A stretch of DNA of 64,000 nucleotides from Anaeramoeba ignava BMAN. Its lineage: Eukaryota > Protista > Anaeramoebae. The notes under the pieces were generated by a model. That model made no database searches and was not told the origin of the DNA. It worked only from the letters and a program-made list of their open reading frames with translations. The stretch is from the NCBI GenBank assembly GCA_028826165.1, contig JAPDFW010000070.1, positions 1,178,001 through 1,242,000 on the forward strand. The letters are read 5' to 3'. Of the stretch, positions 12,822 through 26,047 are shown in pieces; the first letter of the stretch is position 1, and each line of letters opens with the position of its first letter. A program made the position numbers and the translations under genes.

Positions 12822-14078
12822 TCAGTTGTTGTTGGTTTCTTTTTCATTTTGATCCTTCAAATGATTCATTAAAGTGATCTGTTTTTCGAGAGAATATTCT
12901 TGTTTTGGAGAGTTATAATGGAAATTAATGATGCAATTCTGGTTATTGGACAATAGAAAAATTGGTTTTGGATTCTCTTGATTTGAAGAATTGGATAGTA
13001 AAGAAGAAATATTATCAGAATTGAAGTTGAAATTGGTACTTTGTTTGATTGGATTTAAATGTAATGTGGAATCAATTTCTTTTTCTTGAGATAGGCTCAT
13101 GTGAAGATAAGGATCAAGACCTTTATCAGATCTATGGAAACTTTTGGTTTTTTTGATAGCAGTTGTACTAACTCCTGCTCGATGCATTTGGCTACATGAA
13201 CTTGCTCTGAAAGAATGTAAGGTTACATTATGGGTAATTCCTACAAACTTGGCACAATCTTTAACATAATCTCCCAATGTTTTTGGATGTATCGCTCCTT
13301 TGTGTATTGGCATTTTTTTAAAATTTCGATGTTTAATTGCTCTAAAAAAACGAGAATCTTCATTGTAAGGAACCTTGATTCGGAAGTTGTAATAACGAAG
13401 TATTAATTGGTAAGGATCTTTTGGATCTTCAGAATTTTGGAATAACTTAGCTGTTTTGGGTTTCCAATTTGGGTTTCCATAAATCACGTGATTGTTTTTT
13501 GACTCGCCTTGTGAGTAAACAATATATTTCATCCCATTGTCATCACAAAACTTGAGTTGTTCTAATCTAATCATTGTTAATTCTTCTGACCTTAGGCAGA
13601 GATGTTTCCCAAGAGAGAATAAAACCAAAACGGTAAAATGTTTAGGAATATCAATTGACAACTTATTGACTAATAGTTTTTGTTCGTCTACACTTAAAGG
13701 AATTGTTGATTCCACTCTTTTTGAAGGATCTTCCAGTATCATTTTCAATCGGTTTTCAACAGTATTGTGAATTGCAACTTCAGCCTTTGGAGATATCTGA
13801 AAACCTAAATCTACTTTTTCTTTGAGATACACCATTAGATTTGAGGAATAGGTTTTAAAAGTTTTTCCTGAATATTCTTCTTCCGGGGATAGTTTCAATT
13901 GTATCAAGAATTGACAAATTTTCTTCTGATGGTTCTCTTCTGTGAGTTTCAAATTCCTCTCGTTACAGTACTTTTCCCATTTTCTACCAATAACTCCTAT
14001 TGCTTTCTCTGTGTTTTCTGGTTTTTCTTTTTTAATAAATTCTTCGTAAGTTTTCTCTTCTTTTCTTTTTTTTGACAT
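12822..14078 (-). CDS. Tyrosine recombinase, Crypton/DUF3504-like, intronless
   Basis: First ATG at 14078 (the ORF track starts at a GTG). Catalytic set in order: R (LCLRSEE), K (ESKNN), HxxR (HSFR), H (FHRS), Y (LDPY). The N-terminal NT..KW...F..EEYS..T segment resembles Crypton/ZMYM-type recombinases. Confidence 0.85.
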   Translation of the reverse strand: MSKKRKEEKTYEEFIKKEKPENTEKAIGVIGRKWEKYCNERNLKLTEENHQKKICQFLIQLKLSPEEEYSGKTFKTYSSNLMVYLKEKVDLGFQISPKAEVAIHNTVENRLKMILEDPSKRVESTIPLSVDEQKLLVNKLSIDIPKHFTVLVLFSLGKHLCLRSEELTMIRLEQLKFCDDNGMKYIVYSQGESKNNHVIYGNPNWKPKTAKLFQNSEDPKDPYQLILRYYNFRIKVPYNEDSRFFRAIKHRNFKKMPIHKGAIHPKTLGDYVKDCAKFVGITHNVTLHSFRASSCSQMHRAGVSTTAIKKTKSFHRSDKGLDPYLHMSLSQEKEIDSTLHLNPIKQSTNFNFNSDNISSLLSNSSNQENPKPIFLLSNNQNCIINFHYNSPKQEYSLEKQITLMNHLKDQNEKETNNN

Positions 14079-14211
14079 TAGAAAAATGAAAAATTTTTTT
14101 TTTCGAAATTCTTTTATACTCACCTGTTTTTCAAAACAATGATCTTTTTTAAATTTTGAAATAAATTGAGCTTATAAATTCTGTGCGTTCATATATTATT
14201 TTCATTCCATT

Positions 14212-14650
<439 letters not shown>

Positions 14651-14810
14651 TAGTTAATTCTCCATTCCAATTTTTCCCTCAATTTTTACTCAATTTTTAA
14701 AATATCAAATTTCAGAAGAATTCTCATTTTTCCTCAAAAAAATAGATCTTAAGAATGGATTTGAAAAAAAAAGAAAAAAAAAGCTTTTATTTTTTTTTTA
14801 TCGATAAAAC

Positions 14811-14983
14811 AGATATTTTATTTTGTTTTGAAAATAAAATTTCTTTATTTTTTGCTTATAATTTAACTCAATTATCCACTCGTCTGCGACTCGCTAGGAT
14901 AATTGGGTTCACTTCGTGAACCACATTAAATTACTCGCAAAAAATAAAATAAAAATTTATTTCCGAAAAAAAATAAAATATCT
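14811..14983. other. Branched imperfect inverted repeat (outer stem enclosing two hairpins)
   Basis: Outer arms 14811-14866 and 14926-14983 (agatattttatttt...ttttttgc-tta-taatttaa / ttaaatta-ctc-gcaaaaaa...aaaataaaatatct). Inner hairpins are ctcaattatcc..gtc-tgc-gac..ggataattggg and ggttcac-ttc-gtgaacc. Confidence 0.85.
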
Positions 14984-15084
14984 TTAACTTATTTTATTTT
15001 TTATTTAATTTTTTAATAAGTTAATTTTTAATTTAATCCAATTTAATTTATTTTTTTTTTGCTTTTTTTTATTTATTTTTTTTT

Positions 15085-17214
15085 ATTTAATTTTTTATTT
15101 AATTTATTAATGATTATAAATTAAATTATATCAATATTTTATTTTATTTTTATATTTATAAATTAATTTATTATAATTTATAAATAAAAATAGATTTAGA
15201 AATTAATATAAATTAATATCAAATATTTATTTAATTTTTATTTAATTTATTAATAATTTTAAATTAAATTATATCAATATTTTATTTTATTTTTATATTT
15301 ATAAATTAATTTATTATAAATTATAAATAAAAATAGATTTATAATTTAATATAAATTAATATCAAATATTTATTTAATTTTTATTTAATTTTTAATAATT
15401 TTAAATTAATTTATATCAATATTTTATTTTATTTTTATATTTATAAATTAATTTATTATAATTTATAAATAAAAATAGATTTAGAAATTAATATAAAATT
15501 AATATCAAATATTTATTTAATTTTTATTTAATTTATTAATAATTTTAAAATTAAATAATATTAATATTTTATTTTATTTTTATATTTATAAATTAATTTA
15601 TTATAATTTCTAAATAAAAATAGATTTAGAATTTAATATAAATTAATATCAAATATTTATTTAATTTTTATTTAATTTATTAATAATTTTAAATTAATTT
15701 ATATCAATAATTTATTTTATTTTTATATTTATAAATTAATTTATTACAATTTATAAATAAAAATAGATTTAGAAATTAATATAAATTAATATCAAATATT
15801 TATTTTAATTTTTATTTAATTTATTAATAATTTTAAATTAATTTATATCAATATTTTATTTTATTTTTATATTTATAAATTAATTTATTATAATTTTATA
15901 AATAAAAATAGATTTAGAAATTAATATAAATTAATATTAAATATTTATTTAATTTTTATTTAATTTATTAATAATTTTAAATTAAATTATATCAATATTT
16001 TATTTTATTTTTATATTTTATAAATTAATTTATTACAATTTATAAATAAAAATAGATTTAGAAATTAATATAAATTAATATTAAATATTTATTTAATTTT
16101 TATTTAATTTATTAATAATTTTAAATTAAATTATATTAATATTTTATTTTATTTTTATATTTATAAATTAATTTATTACAATTTATAAATAAAAATAGAT
16201 TTAAAAATTAATATAAATTAATATTAAATATTTATTTAATTTTTATTTAATTTTTAATAATTTTAAATTAAATTATATCAATAATTTATTTTATTTTTAT
16301 ATTTATAAATTAATTTATTATAATTTACAAATAAAAATAGATTTAGAAATTAATATAAATTAATATCAAATATTTATTTAATTTTTATTTAATTTATTAA
16401 TAATTTTAAATTAAATAATATCAATAATTTATTTTATTTTTATATTTATAAATTAATTTATTATAATTTCTAAATAAAAATAGATTTAGAAATTAATATA
16501 AATTAATATTAAATATTTATTTAATTTTTATTTAATTTTTAATAATTTTAAATTAAATTATATCAATATTTTATTTTATTTTTATATTTTTAAATTAATT
16601 TATTATAATTTACAAATAAAAATAGATTTAAAAATTAATATAAATTAATATTAAATATTTATTTAATTTTTTATTTAATTTATTAATAATTTTAAAATTA
16701 AATTATATCAATATTTTATTTTATTTTTATATTTATAAATTAATTTATTATAATTTACAAATAAAAATAGATTTAGAAATTAATATAAATTAATATCAAA
16801 TATTTATTTAATTTTTATTTAATTTTTAATAATTTTAAATTAAATTATATCAATATTTTATTTTATTTTTATATTTATAAATTAATTTATTATAATTTAC
16901 AAATAAAAATAGATTTAGAAATTAATATAAATTAATATTAAATATTTATTTAATTTTTTATTTAATTTTTTAATAGTTTTAAATTAATTTATATCAATAA
17001 TTTATTTTATTTTTATATTTATAAATTAATTTATTAATTAATTATTAATAAAAATAGATTTAGAAATTAATATAAATTAATATTAAATATTTATTTAATT
17101 TTTTATTTAATTTTTTAATAATTTTAAATTAATTTATATCAATATTTTATTTTATTTTTATATTTATAAATTAATTTATTAATTAATTATTAATTCAAAA
17201 TAGATTTAGAAATT
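15085..17214. repeat. Tandem satellite, ~143-bp unit, ~15 copies
   Basis: The marker aaaatagattt recurs every 142-146 bp (15191 ... 17201). Confidence 0.95.
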
Positions 17215-17353
17215 CTGTTAGTTTTAATGAAAAAAGAAAAAAAATAGAAGAGAAGGTTTTTTTATGGAATCCAAAAAAATTTGGAAAAGGAGAGGAAGAA
17301 AAAATGATGAAAAAAAAATTTTTTCTCCATTTCATTTGAAAAGAAATTTCAAA

Positions 17354-17962
17354 TCAGTTTTTTGTAGGAACGAAATAGTATTCAATTTTATCAATTTTAG
17401 TGTTTTTGCTGAATAAAAATGTTTCTTGATCTTTATCTTTTTGCCCAATGGGAGATATGAAAGTATTTCCAAGACGAGATTTAGGTTCAAAAACATTGTT
17501 GACACTGAGATCACTCTCTCCATTATAAGTATCGAGCTCTCCAAAAACGGGACCCCAACCTTTAAAATCGGCGATAGCAAGTTTTGTTTGTTTATTTTGG
17601 ACTTTGAATTTTTGAGGAGGATCTCCTCTTGGATTCCTCAAAGTGAAAATGAAAGCTTGAGGATCGTTTATGTAGCGATTAGATGATTCCCAACCAATTG
17701 AGCTATATCCTCCAAATACGCATTCATCTTCGGAGTGCATGATGATTAATGTTTTGCCTTTTTTGTCACAAATTTTGTGAAAGTTACTAGGATCCATTTG
17801 GTTTTTTTCCCTTGATGCTTGTTCTCTTTCCATGGAATTGAAAAATTCATCATCATTGATCCATCTTTTGATTTTCTCGAAATCTTCTGGATTTGGTTCC
17901 AAAAGAGAATTTGGAAATACTTTTTTGTAAAAATTTTGTTTAGTCTCTAATGTGGCACGCAT
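17354..17962 (-). CDS. TLDc-domain protein
   Basis: FHKICDKKGKTLIIM, VFGGYSSIGW, AFIFTL and GPVFG are TLDc motifs. The start is uncertain; an upstream mini-exon near 18103-18082 is possible. Confidence 0.85.
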   Translation of the reverse strand: MRATLETKQNFYKKVFPNSLLEPNPEDFEKIKRWINDDEFFNSMEREQASREKNQMDPSNFHKICDKKGKTLIIMHSEDECVFGGYSSIGWESSNRYINDPQAFIFTLRNPRGDPPQKFKVQNKQTKLAIADFKGWGPVFGELDTYNGESDLSVNNVFEPKSRLGNTFISPIGQKDKDQETFLFSKNTKIDKIEYYFVPTKN

Positions 17963-18164
17963 CGAAAAGAGAGAAAAAATGAGAAAGAAAAAAGAAAAAA
18001 AAGTTTAAAATAAACTTTGAATGCAGGCAAAATTTGATCAACAAAAATTTTCTTTGAATTCGTAGTGTGAAAAAGCCTTACCATTCACAAAGAGGAGTAA
18101 CATCTTGTCAAACTCTCAATTTCTCTTCAGATCAAATTGATCAAATTTCCACAAAATTTAAGTT

Positions 18165-19992
18165 CATTTTTTATTTAATTTTTTAATAATTTTAAATTAA
18201 ATAATATCAATAATTTATTTTATTTTTATATTTATAAATTAATTTATTAATTAATTATTAATAAAAATAGATTTAAAAATTAATATAAATTAATATCAAA
18301 TATTTATTTAATTTTTTATTTAATTTTTTAATAATTTTAAATTAAATAATATCAATATTTTATTTTATTTTTATATTTATAAATTAATTTATTATAATTT
18401 ATAAATAAAAATAGATTTAGAAATTAATATAAATTAATATCAAATATTTATTTAATTTTTTATTTAATTTATTAATAATTTTAAATTAAATTATATCAAT
18501 ATTTTATTTTATTTTTATATTTTTAAATTAATTTATTAATTAATTTATAAATAAAAATAGATTTAGAAATTAATATAAATTAATATCAAATATTTATTTA
18601 ATTTTTATTTAATTTATTAATAATTTTAAATTAATTTATATCAATAATTTTATTTTATTTTTATATTTATAAATTAATTTATTACAATTTACAAATAAAA
18701 ATAGATTTAGAAATTAATATAAATTAATATCAAATATTTATTTAATTTTTATTTAATTTTTAATAGTTTTAAATTAAATAATATCAATATTTTATTTTAT
18801 TTTTATATTTATAAATTAATTTATTAATTAATTATTAATTCAAAATAGATTTAGAAATTAATATAAATTAATATTAAATATTTATTAAATTTTTATTTAA
18901 TTTTTAATAATTTTAAATTAAATTATATCAATAATTTATTTTATTTTTATATTTATAAATTAATTTATTACAATTTATAAATAAAAATAGATTTAGAAAT
19001 TAATATAAATTAATATCAAATATTTATTTAATTTTTATTTTATTTTTAATAATTTTAAATTAAATAATATCAATATTTTATTTTATTTTTATATTTATAA
19101 ATTAATTTATTATAATTTATAAATAAAAATAGATTTAGAAATTAATATAAATTAATATTAAATATTTATTTAATTTTTTATTTAATTTATTAATAATTTT
19201 AAATTAAATTATATCAATAATTTATTTTATTTTTATATTTATAAATTAATTTATTATAATTTATAAATAAAAATAGATTTAAAAATTAATATAAATTAAT
19301 ATCAAATATTTATTTAATTTTTATTTAATTTATTAATAATTTTAAATTAAATTTATATCAATATTTTATTTTATTTTTATATTTATAAATTAATTTATTA
19401 CAATTTATAAATAAAAATAGATTTAAAAATTAATATAAATTAATATTAAATATTTATTTAAATTTTTATTTAATTTATTAATAATTTTTAAATTAATTTA
19501 TATCAATATTTTATTTTATTTTTATATTTATAAATTAATTTATTATAATTTATAAATAAAAATAGATTTAGAAATTAATATAAATTAATATCAAATATTT
19601 ATTTAATTTTTATTTATTTTTAATAATTTTAAATTAAATTATATCAATATTTTATTTTATTTTTATATTTATAAATTAATTTATTATAATTTATTAAATA
19701 AAAATAGATTTAGAAATTAATATAAATTAATATCAAATTTTTATTTAATTTTTTATTTAATTTATTAATAATTTTAAATTAAATTATATCAATATTTTAT
19801 TTTATTTTTATATTTATAAATTAATTTATTATAATTTATAAATAAAAATAGATTTAAAATTAATATAAATTAATATCAAATATTTATTTAATTTTTTATT
19901 TAATTTTTTAATAATTTTAAATTAAATTATATCAATATTTTATTTTATTTTTATATTTATAAATTAATTTATTAATTAATTATTAATTCAAA
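18165..19992. repeat. Continuation of the ~143-bp satellite, ~12-13 copies
   Basis: Same unit and orientation as 15085-17214 (marker at 18268 ... 19849). Confidence 0.95.
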
Positions 19993-20069
19993 CCTATTCC
20001 CAAAAAAGAAAAAAAAGATTTTTCCAAAAATTCAAAATCATTTTTTCTTTTCCATTTGTTTAAAAAAAA

Positions 20070-22106
20070 ATGTGGAAAATAATATTAATATTATTATTAC
20101 TATTCATAAAAGAAACGCAAACTAAATCAATCCACGATACGATTTATCAAGACATTGGTGGGTTTACGGGAATGCAATTATTAAATAAAAACGGAGATTA
20201 TGGAGGAACAAGTGGATTTGATCCACTTTATGGAGAACTTTATTTAATTGAAGAAGAAAGCGATTTCGAAAAACTTATCAACGACCCACCATCTAAAAAG
20301 CTTGTGCTCGTTCTTAACGCAGAATTCTTTAGTTTGTTTGCAACTTCTCAATACAATTCACAAATTTGAATTTTTCTAATTTTAATGAACAAAATGAAAA
20401 GTTCTAAATATTTAGATCGTCTTCCGAACAAAATAACGATAGCAGGGGTGATTTTGCTCCCAGGAAACAAACCTGGAACGGGATACTCTCCAGAGATGAC
20501 TTACCCATTGAAGGCTTCCTCCTTGCATCCAGAGAGCGATTACGAATGGAATTCAATTGGAAATGGAGATCTTTATAAAAAATATTTTTTCCCTATTTTA
20601 ACGTTTCCACTTCAAGGAAATTTTCAATTTATCAAAGATATGGCAAAACAAAACAAAAGAGATCTTGAGTTTTTTGAACCACGAAATGGGGCTGTTTTTG
20701 ACATTTTCATGCAAGCAAACGAAGATTCAGAAACTTGTTTAAGAAGAAAAACATGTGTTCCAATTGGAGGTCAAAGTGTGTGGGGTTTTATCGGAGGAGA
20801 ATACAACAAGTCTAAGGAGTACATCATGATAACTACGCCTCTTGATACGCGGAGTTCCTTCCCTTATCTATCTCCTGGATCAGAGTTCCCATCTTCGGGA
20901 ATTGTTGCGCTACTAAGTGCAATTGACGGAATTATTTCCTTTGCCAATTCCAATAACGCAACGGAATTTTACTCTTCCCTTAAGCGCCAAATCATGTTTG
21001 GATTCTGGGACGGGGAAAGCTTTGGACACATTGGATCTCTTAAGTTCATAAACGATGTCAAATACTTCGATTGCAAAGAATGGAATGATTCTTCACACTC
21101 GTCTTGCAATCAGCCTTTTCGCTATTCAATGGCGTTCAAAGATCTTGATCTCTCGAAGTTGACAGAGATTATCGAGCCAAATCAGGTTGGTTTATACACA
21201 GGAAACCCAAACAACACGTACCAATCTCAACTTTATACACACTACGAAAAGGAAAATTTCCAAAGTTTAGTGCTTGCCGAGAAAATCATGATGGTCTCAA
21301 TCAACTCCTTGAAAATCATGAACCTCTCCACTGTGGAGTATCCAAGTCCGCACACTCCTGGTATTCCGCCCTCCTCGTCGGAATCTTTTGTGAGAAAAAT
21401 CAAATCAGATCTGCCTGTTGTGGTTCTTACTGATTATCCCAGTCAATTTTCAAATGCATTTTATTCAAGTGTCTTCGATGATATATTCAACATCGAGACT
21501 CAACAGATTGCTGGCGCTGCCTCTCTTTTGTTGAGAACGGTGTATATGGAAGCAACGGGTTGCAATCCAGAGGAAATCCCTGAAAATCTTGCAGTTAATG
21601 AGACATTTATTCGCGATCTTATGTTTTGCTTTTCGTTCACTTACTACTGCCAATATTTTGTGGATATTCTCGGCATTCCTTTTAATGTGCCTTCCTCGAA
21701 TTATCCTGGTCTGTTTTCTGATACAAATGTGCCGATTCGTTCAAAGTTCCTTCATGATTTTATTACTTATTTAACTTTGGTTCAAAAATCTTCAGAATTT
21801 CCTTCTTGCAAAAGTGGATATGACTGTAATTCTTCTGAAAATTGCATTGTTGGTAAGTGTTATCCACGAATTGTTTATTTTCATCCTTCTTATTCCAACA
21901 ATGTTGAGTATGATTATAAACAAAAAGAATATAAAGTTGTTGAATCTTATTTTCCAGATGATTTATGGGTTGAAAGTGATTGGAAGAAAATCCAAATCCA
22001 AGTTTATCAAGGAAATAGTAAAAATGTTGATATTTTGGTTTTTTGTGTTGGAATTTTTTTAATTTTATTGGATTGTTTTATGATTAAATTTTTCAAGTTG
22101 TTTTAA
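20070..22106 (+). CDS. NCSTN: Nicastrin (gamma-secretase subunit)
   Basis: Signal peptide, SETCLRRKTCVPIGGQSVW, GESFGHIGS (DYIGS-equivalent), IPPSS, WVESDW and a C-terminal TM. One short intron at ~20332-20415 with ambiguous exact sites. Confidence 0.88.
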
Positions 22107-22114
22107 AATAAAAA

Positions 22115-22610
22115 CGATTTAAAACAAATAAAAATAAAAACAATTTAAAAAGTGGAACAAAAAATAAAAATAAAAATAAAAAACAAAAATAAAAACAAAA
22201 AATAAAAATAAAAACAAAAACAATTTAAAAAGTGGAACAAAAAATAAAAAATAAAATAAATAAAAACAATTTAAAAAGTGGAACAAAAAACAAAATAAAA
22301 AAACAATTTAAAAAGTGGAACAAAAAATTTTTTTCTTATTTTTAAAAATAAAAATAAAACAATTTTAAAATAAAAATAAAAACAAAAATTTAAAAGTGGA
22401 ACAAAAATAAAAATAAAATTAAAAATAAAACAAAATAAAAATTTAAAAACAAAAATAAAAATAATTTAAAAATTTTATATTTAAAAATAATTTTAAAAAT
22501 TAAATTAACAAATAAAAATTTCTTTTTAAAACAAAAACAAAAATTTAAAAAATATTTAAAATTTAAAAAGTGGAACAAAAATTTTAAATTTAAAAATAAA
22601 AATAAAAACA
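22115..22610. repeat. Degenerate A-rich repeat with recurring aatttaaaaagtggaacaaaaa core (~6 copies)
   Basis: The core appears at ~22142, 22222, 22268, 22305, 22388 and 22560 with irregular spacing. Confidence 0.8.
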
Positions 22611-22679
22611 AAAAAAATTTTCATTTAAAATTATTTTAAAAATTTAATTATGACCTCTCGTATTTCTTTTTCGAATAAT

Positions 22680-23590
22680 TTTTAATTTAGATTAATATTT
22701 AAAATGTTTTAATTTAAAAATTTTTCTTATTTTAAAAAAATAATTATTTTTATATTAATTTTTTTTATTTTTTTTATTTCAATTTATTTCTTTTTAAATA
22801 CATTTTTAATTTAGATTAATATTTAAAATGTTTCTAAATATTAATTTTAAATTTAATTATAAATATAATTTAATTATTTTCTATTTAAAATTATTTTAAA
22901 AATTTAATTATTTTTTTATTTCAATTTATTTCTTTTTTAAATACATTTTTAATTTAGATTAATATTTAAAATGTTTCTAAATATTAATTTTAAATTTAAT
23001 TTTAAATATAATTTAATTATTTTTATATTTAAAATTATTTTAAAAATTTAATTAATTTTTTATTTTAATTTATTTCTTTTTTAAATACATTTTTAATTTA
23101 TATTAATATTTAAAATGTTTCTAAATAATAATTTTAAATTTAATTATAAATATAATTTAATTATTTTATATTTAAAATTATTTTAAAAATTTAATTAATT
23201 TTTTTATTTTAATTTATTTCTTTTTAAATTAATTTTTAATTTATATTAATATTTAAAATGTTTCTAAATATTAATTTTAAATTTAATTATAAATATAATT
23301 TAATAATTTTATATTTAAAATTATTTTAAAAATTTAATTTAATTTTTTATTTTAATTTTATTTCTTTTTAAATACATTTTTAATTTATATTAATATTTAA
23401 AATATTTCTAAATATTAATTTTAAATTTAATTTTAAATTTAATTTAATTATTTTATATTTAAAATTATTTTAAAAATTTAATTAATTTTTTTATTTTAAT
23501 TTTATTTCTTTTTTAAATACATTTTAATTTATATTAATATTTAAAATGTTTCTAAATATTAATTTTAAATTTAATTTTAAATTTAATTTT
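22680..23590. repeat. Tandem satellite, ~144-bp unit, ~6 copies (sequence distinct from the 143-bp family)
   Basis: The marker aaaatgtttctaaat recurs at ~22826, 22969, 23113, 23257, 23400 and 23544. Confidence 0.9.
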
Positions 23591-23642
23591 TTCATTTTTC
23601 ATTTTCATTTTTTATTTTTCATTCTTATTAATTAAATTAAAA

Positions 23643-25978
23643 ATGATAATTTATTCACCAAATTATTTCAATAAACAAAATGCAAAATTACTCTCTTTAG
23701 ATATAAATATCAATGGAATATTCATAGCAATTTCATTTGATACAGGAATTATTGAAATTTGGGAAATGGATCCTATTAAAAAAATAATGAAACATCCCAA
23801 AAAATCAAATCAAGAAAAAAATAACGAAAAAAATAAAGAAAAAAAAAAAGAAAAAAATCTTTCTTTAATGAAACACAGTGGAAGTGTTCAATGTGTTAGA
23901 TTTTCACCCAAAACTGGTCGTTATTTAGCTTCCAGTTCAGAAGATGGTGAAATTCGTATTTGGAGTACAAATTCAGAGCTTATAAAAGAAAAATGGACAA
24001 TTCGATCCACTTTTCAAAGAAAAAATGGTTAGTTCAACTTTTTTTTAGTTCAAATTTATTTATTTATTTAACTTTTTTTGTTATTAAAGATGTTTGGTCC
24101 ATTTCTTGGTCTCCTGATGAAAATAGATTTGTTGTTTGTGGAATGGATCCAAATATTTTAGTTTGTAATCCATTTACTGAAAAAGAAAATGGTATTGATT
24201 TTGATTTTAATTTTGATTTTAATTTTGATTTTAATTTTAATTTTTGGATTTTTGGATTTTGATATTGATTTTTTTTAGAGAGAGAAATTATACTTCAAGG
24301 CCATGAAACAATTGTTAATACAGTTTTATGGGATCCAAAAGGAAGTTTTATTTTGAGTCAAGTAAAAAATTTTTTCATCAATAAAATCAAAAAGAAAAGA
24401 AAAAATAAATTTTATTAATTTCTTTTCTTCCAAAAAATCAAAAAGGATCTTTCTTGTGTTAGAGTTTGGGAAACTAAAAATTTTAGTTGTATAAATATTA
24501 TTTCATCCATTTTTGAACCTTCTTTAGAAAGGACTTTTTCAAATAGAATCAGGTATATTTTATTTTGAATTAATTTCTAAGCAACAAAATAATATTAAAT
24601 ATTAATATCCAAAATATTCAAAATATTCAAAATATTTAAAAAATATTCAATAAATATTAAAAATATTCAATAAATCAAATATTCAAAATATATTTAAAAT
24701 ATTTAAAATAAAATATTCAAAATATTCAAAATATTCAAAAATTTAAATTAATATTCAAAATATTTCTTATTCAAAAATATTAAAAATAATTCAAAAATAT
24801 TCAAAATATTCAAAATAAAATATTTCAAAATATTCAAAAATATTCAAAATTATATTCAAAATATTCAATAAATATTCAATAAATATTCAAAAAATATTAA
24901 AAATATTCAAAAATATTCAAAATATTCAAAATATTCAAAAATATTAAAAATATTCCAAAATATTCAAAAATATTCAAAATATTTAAAATATTCAAAATAT
25001 TCAAAATATTCAAAATATTCAAAATATTCAATAAATATTAAAAATATCCAATAAATATTCAAAATATTCAAAATATTCAAAATATTCAAAATATTCAAAA
25101 TATTCAAAATATTCAAAATATTCAAAATATTCAAAATATTCAATATATTCAAAATATTCAAAATATTCAAAATATTCAATAAATATTCAAAATATTCAAA
25201 AAAATTAAATTTAATAAAATATTCAAAAAAATATCAATAAAAATAATTCAAAATATTCAAAAATATTCAAAATATTCAAAATTTCAATAATTCAAAATAT
25301 TCAAAATATTCAAAATATTCAAAATATTCAAAATATTCAAAATATTCAAAAAAAATATTCAAAATATCCAATAAATATTCAATATATTCAAAATATTCAA
25401 AATATTAAATTATAAAATATTTAAAATATTTTAGTGCTTCGAAAGATGGAAAATTTTTTGCAATAACAAATTGTGTTGTGAATAAAAGATTTACATCTTT
25501 AGTTTTCCCAAGATCAACAATAACTAAGAAAAAAAAAAGAGGAGTAATAGAAGATGCAGATATTTTTTATGGACATAAAGCAATGGTTGATCAAGCAATA
25601 TTCAATCCAGTTATGTTTCAAAAAAAGAAAAACGCAATAAGATCTACTGTTTCTTGTATTGCTTTAGCAAGTATAGATAGTACAATAACTTTTTGGATGC
25701 ATTCTCATCAAAATCATCGTCCTCGTGCAATTATTAAGCAAGCATTTAACCAGAAAATCACTGATATGTGTTGGTGTCCTTCTTCAGGTAATTTGTTTGC
25801 TGCTTGTTCTACTGATGGAACTGTTTTATTCTTTAAAATCCAAAAAGAAGATTTAGGTGATTTTACAAAAATCAAAAATCAAAAAAAACGCGAAAAACAA
25901 AACCAAAATAATCAAAATAAAAAATCTTTAAAAAAATCAAAAAAAAATACAAAATCAAAAACAAATCAAAATAACTAA
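23643..25978 (+). CDS. HIRA: HIRA/Hir1-like histone chaperone, WD40 domain only (~406 aa)
   Basis: Exons 23643-24027, 24090-24191, 24279-24361, 24446-24552 and 25435-25978 join in frame (1221 nt). HIRA-like segments occur in order: HSGSVQCVRFS, LQGHETIVNTVLWDPKGSFILSQ, FYGHKAMVDQAIFNP, RPRAIIKQAFNQKITDMCW and ACSTDGTVLFFKIQKEDLG. Confidence 0.78.
24590..25425. repeat. Intronic 9-mer microsatellite (AAAATATTC)n
   Basis: Fills intron 4 of the HIRA-like gene. Confidence 0.9.
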
Positions 25979-26047
25979 CAAAAATTACAATAAAAATATC
26001 AATTTGATTTGATTTGATTTATTTTATTTTTGGATTTTTTTAATTTT

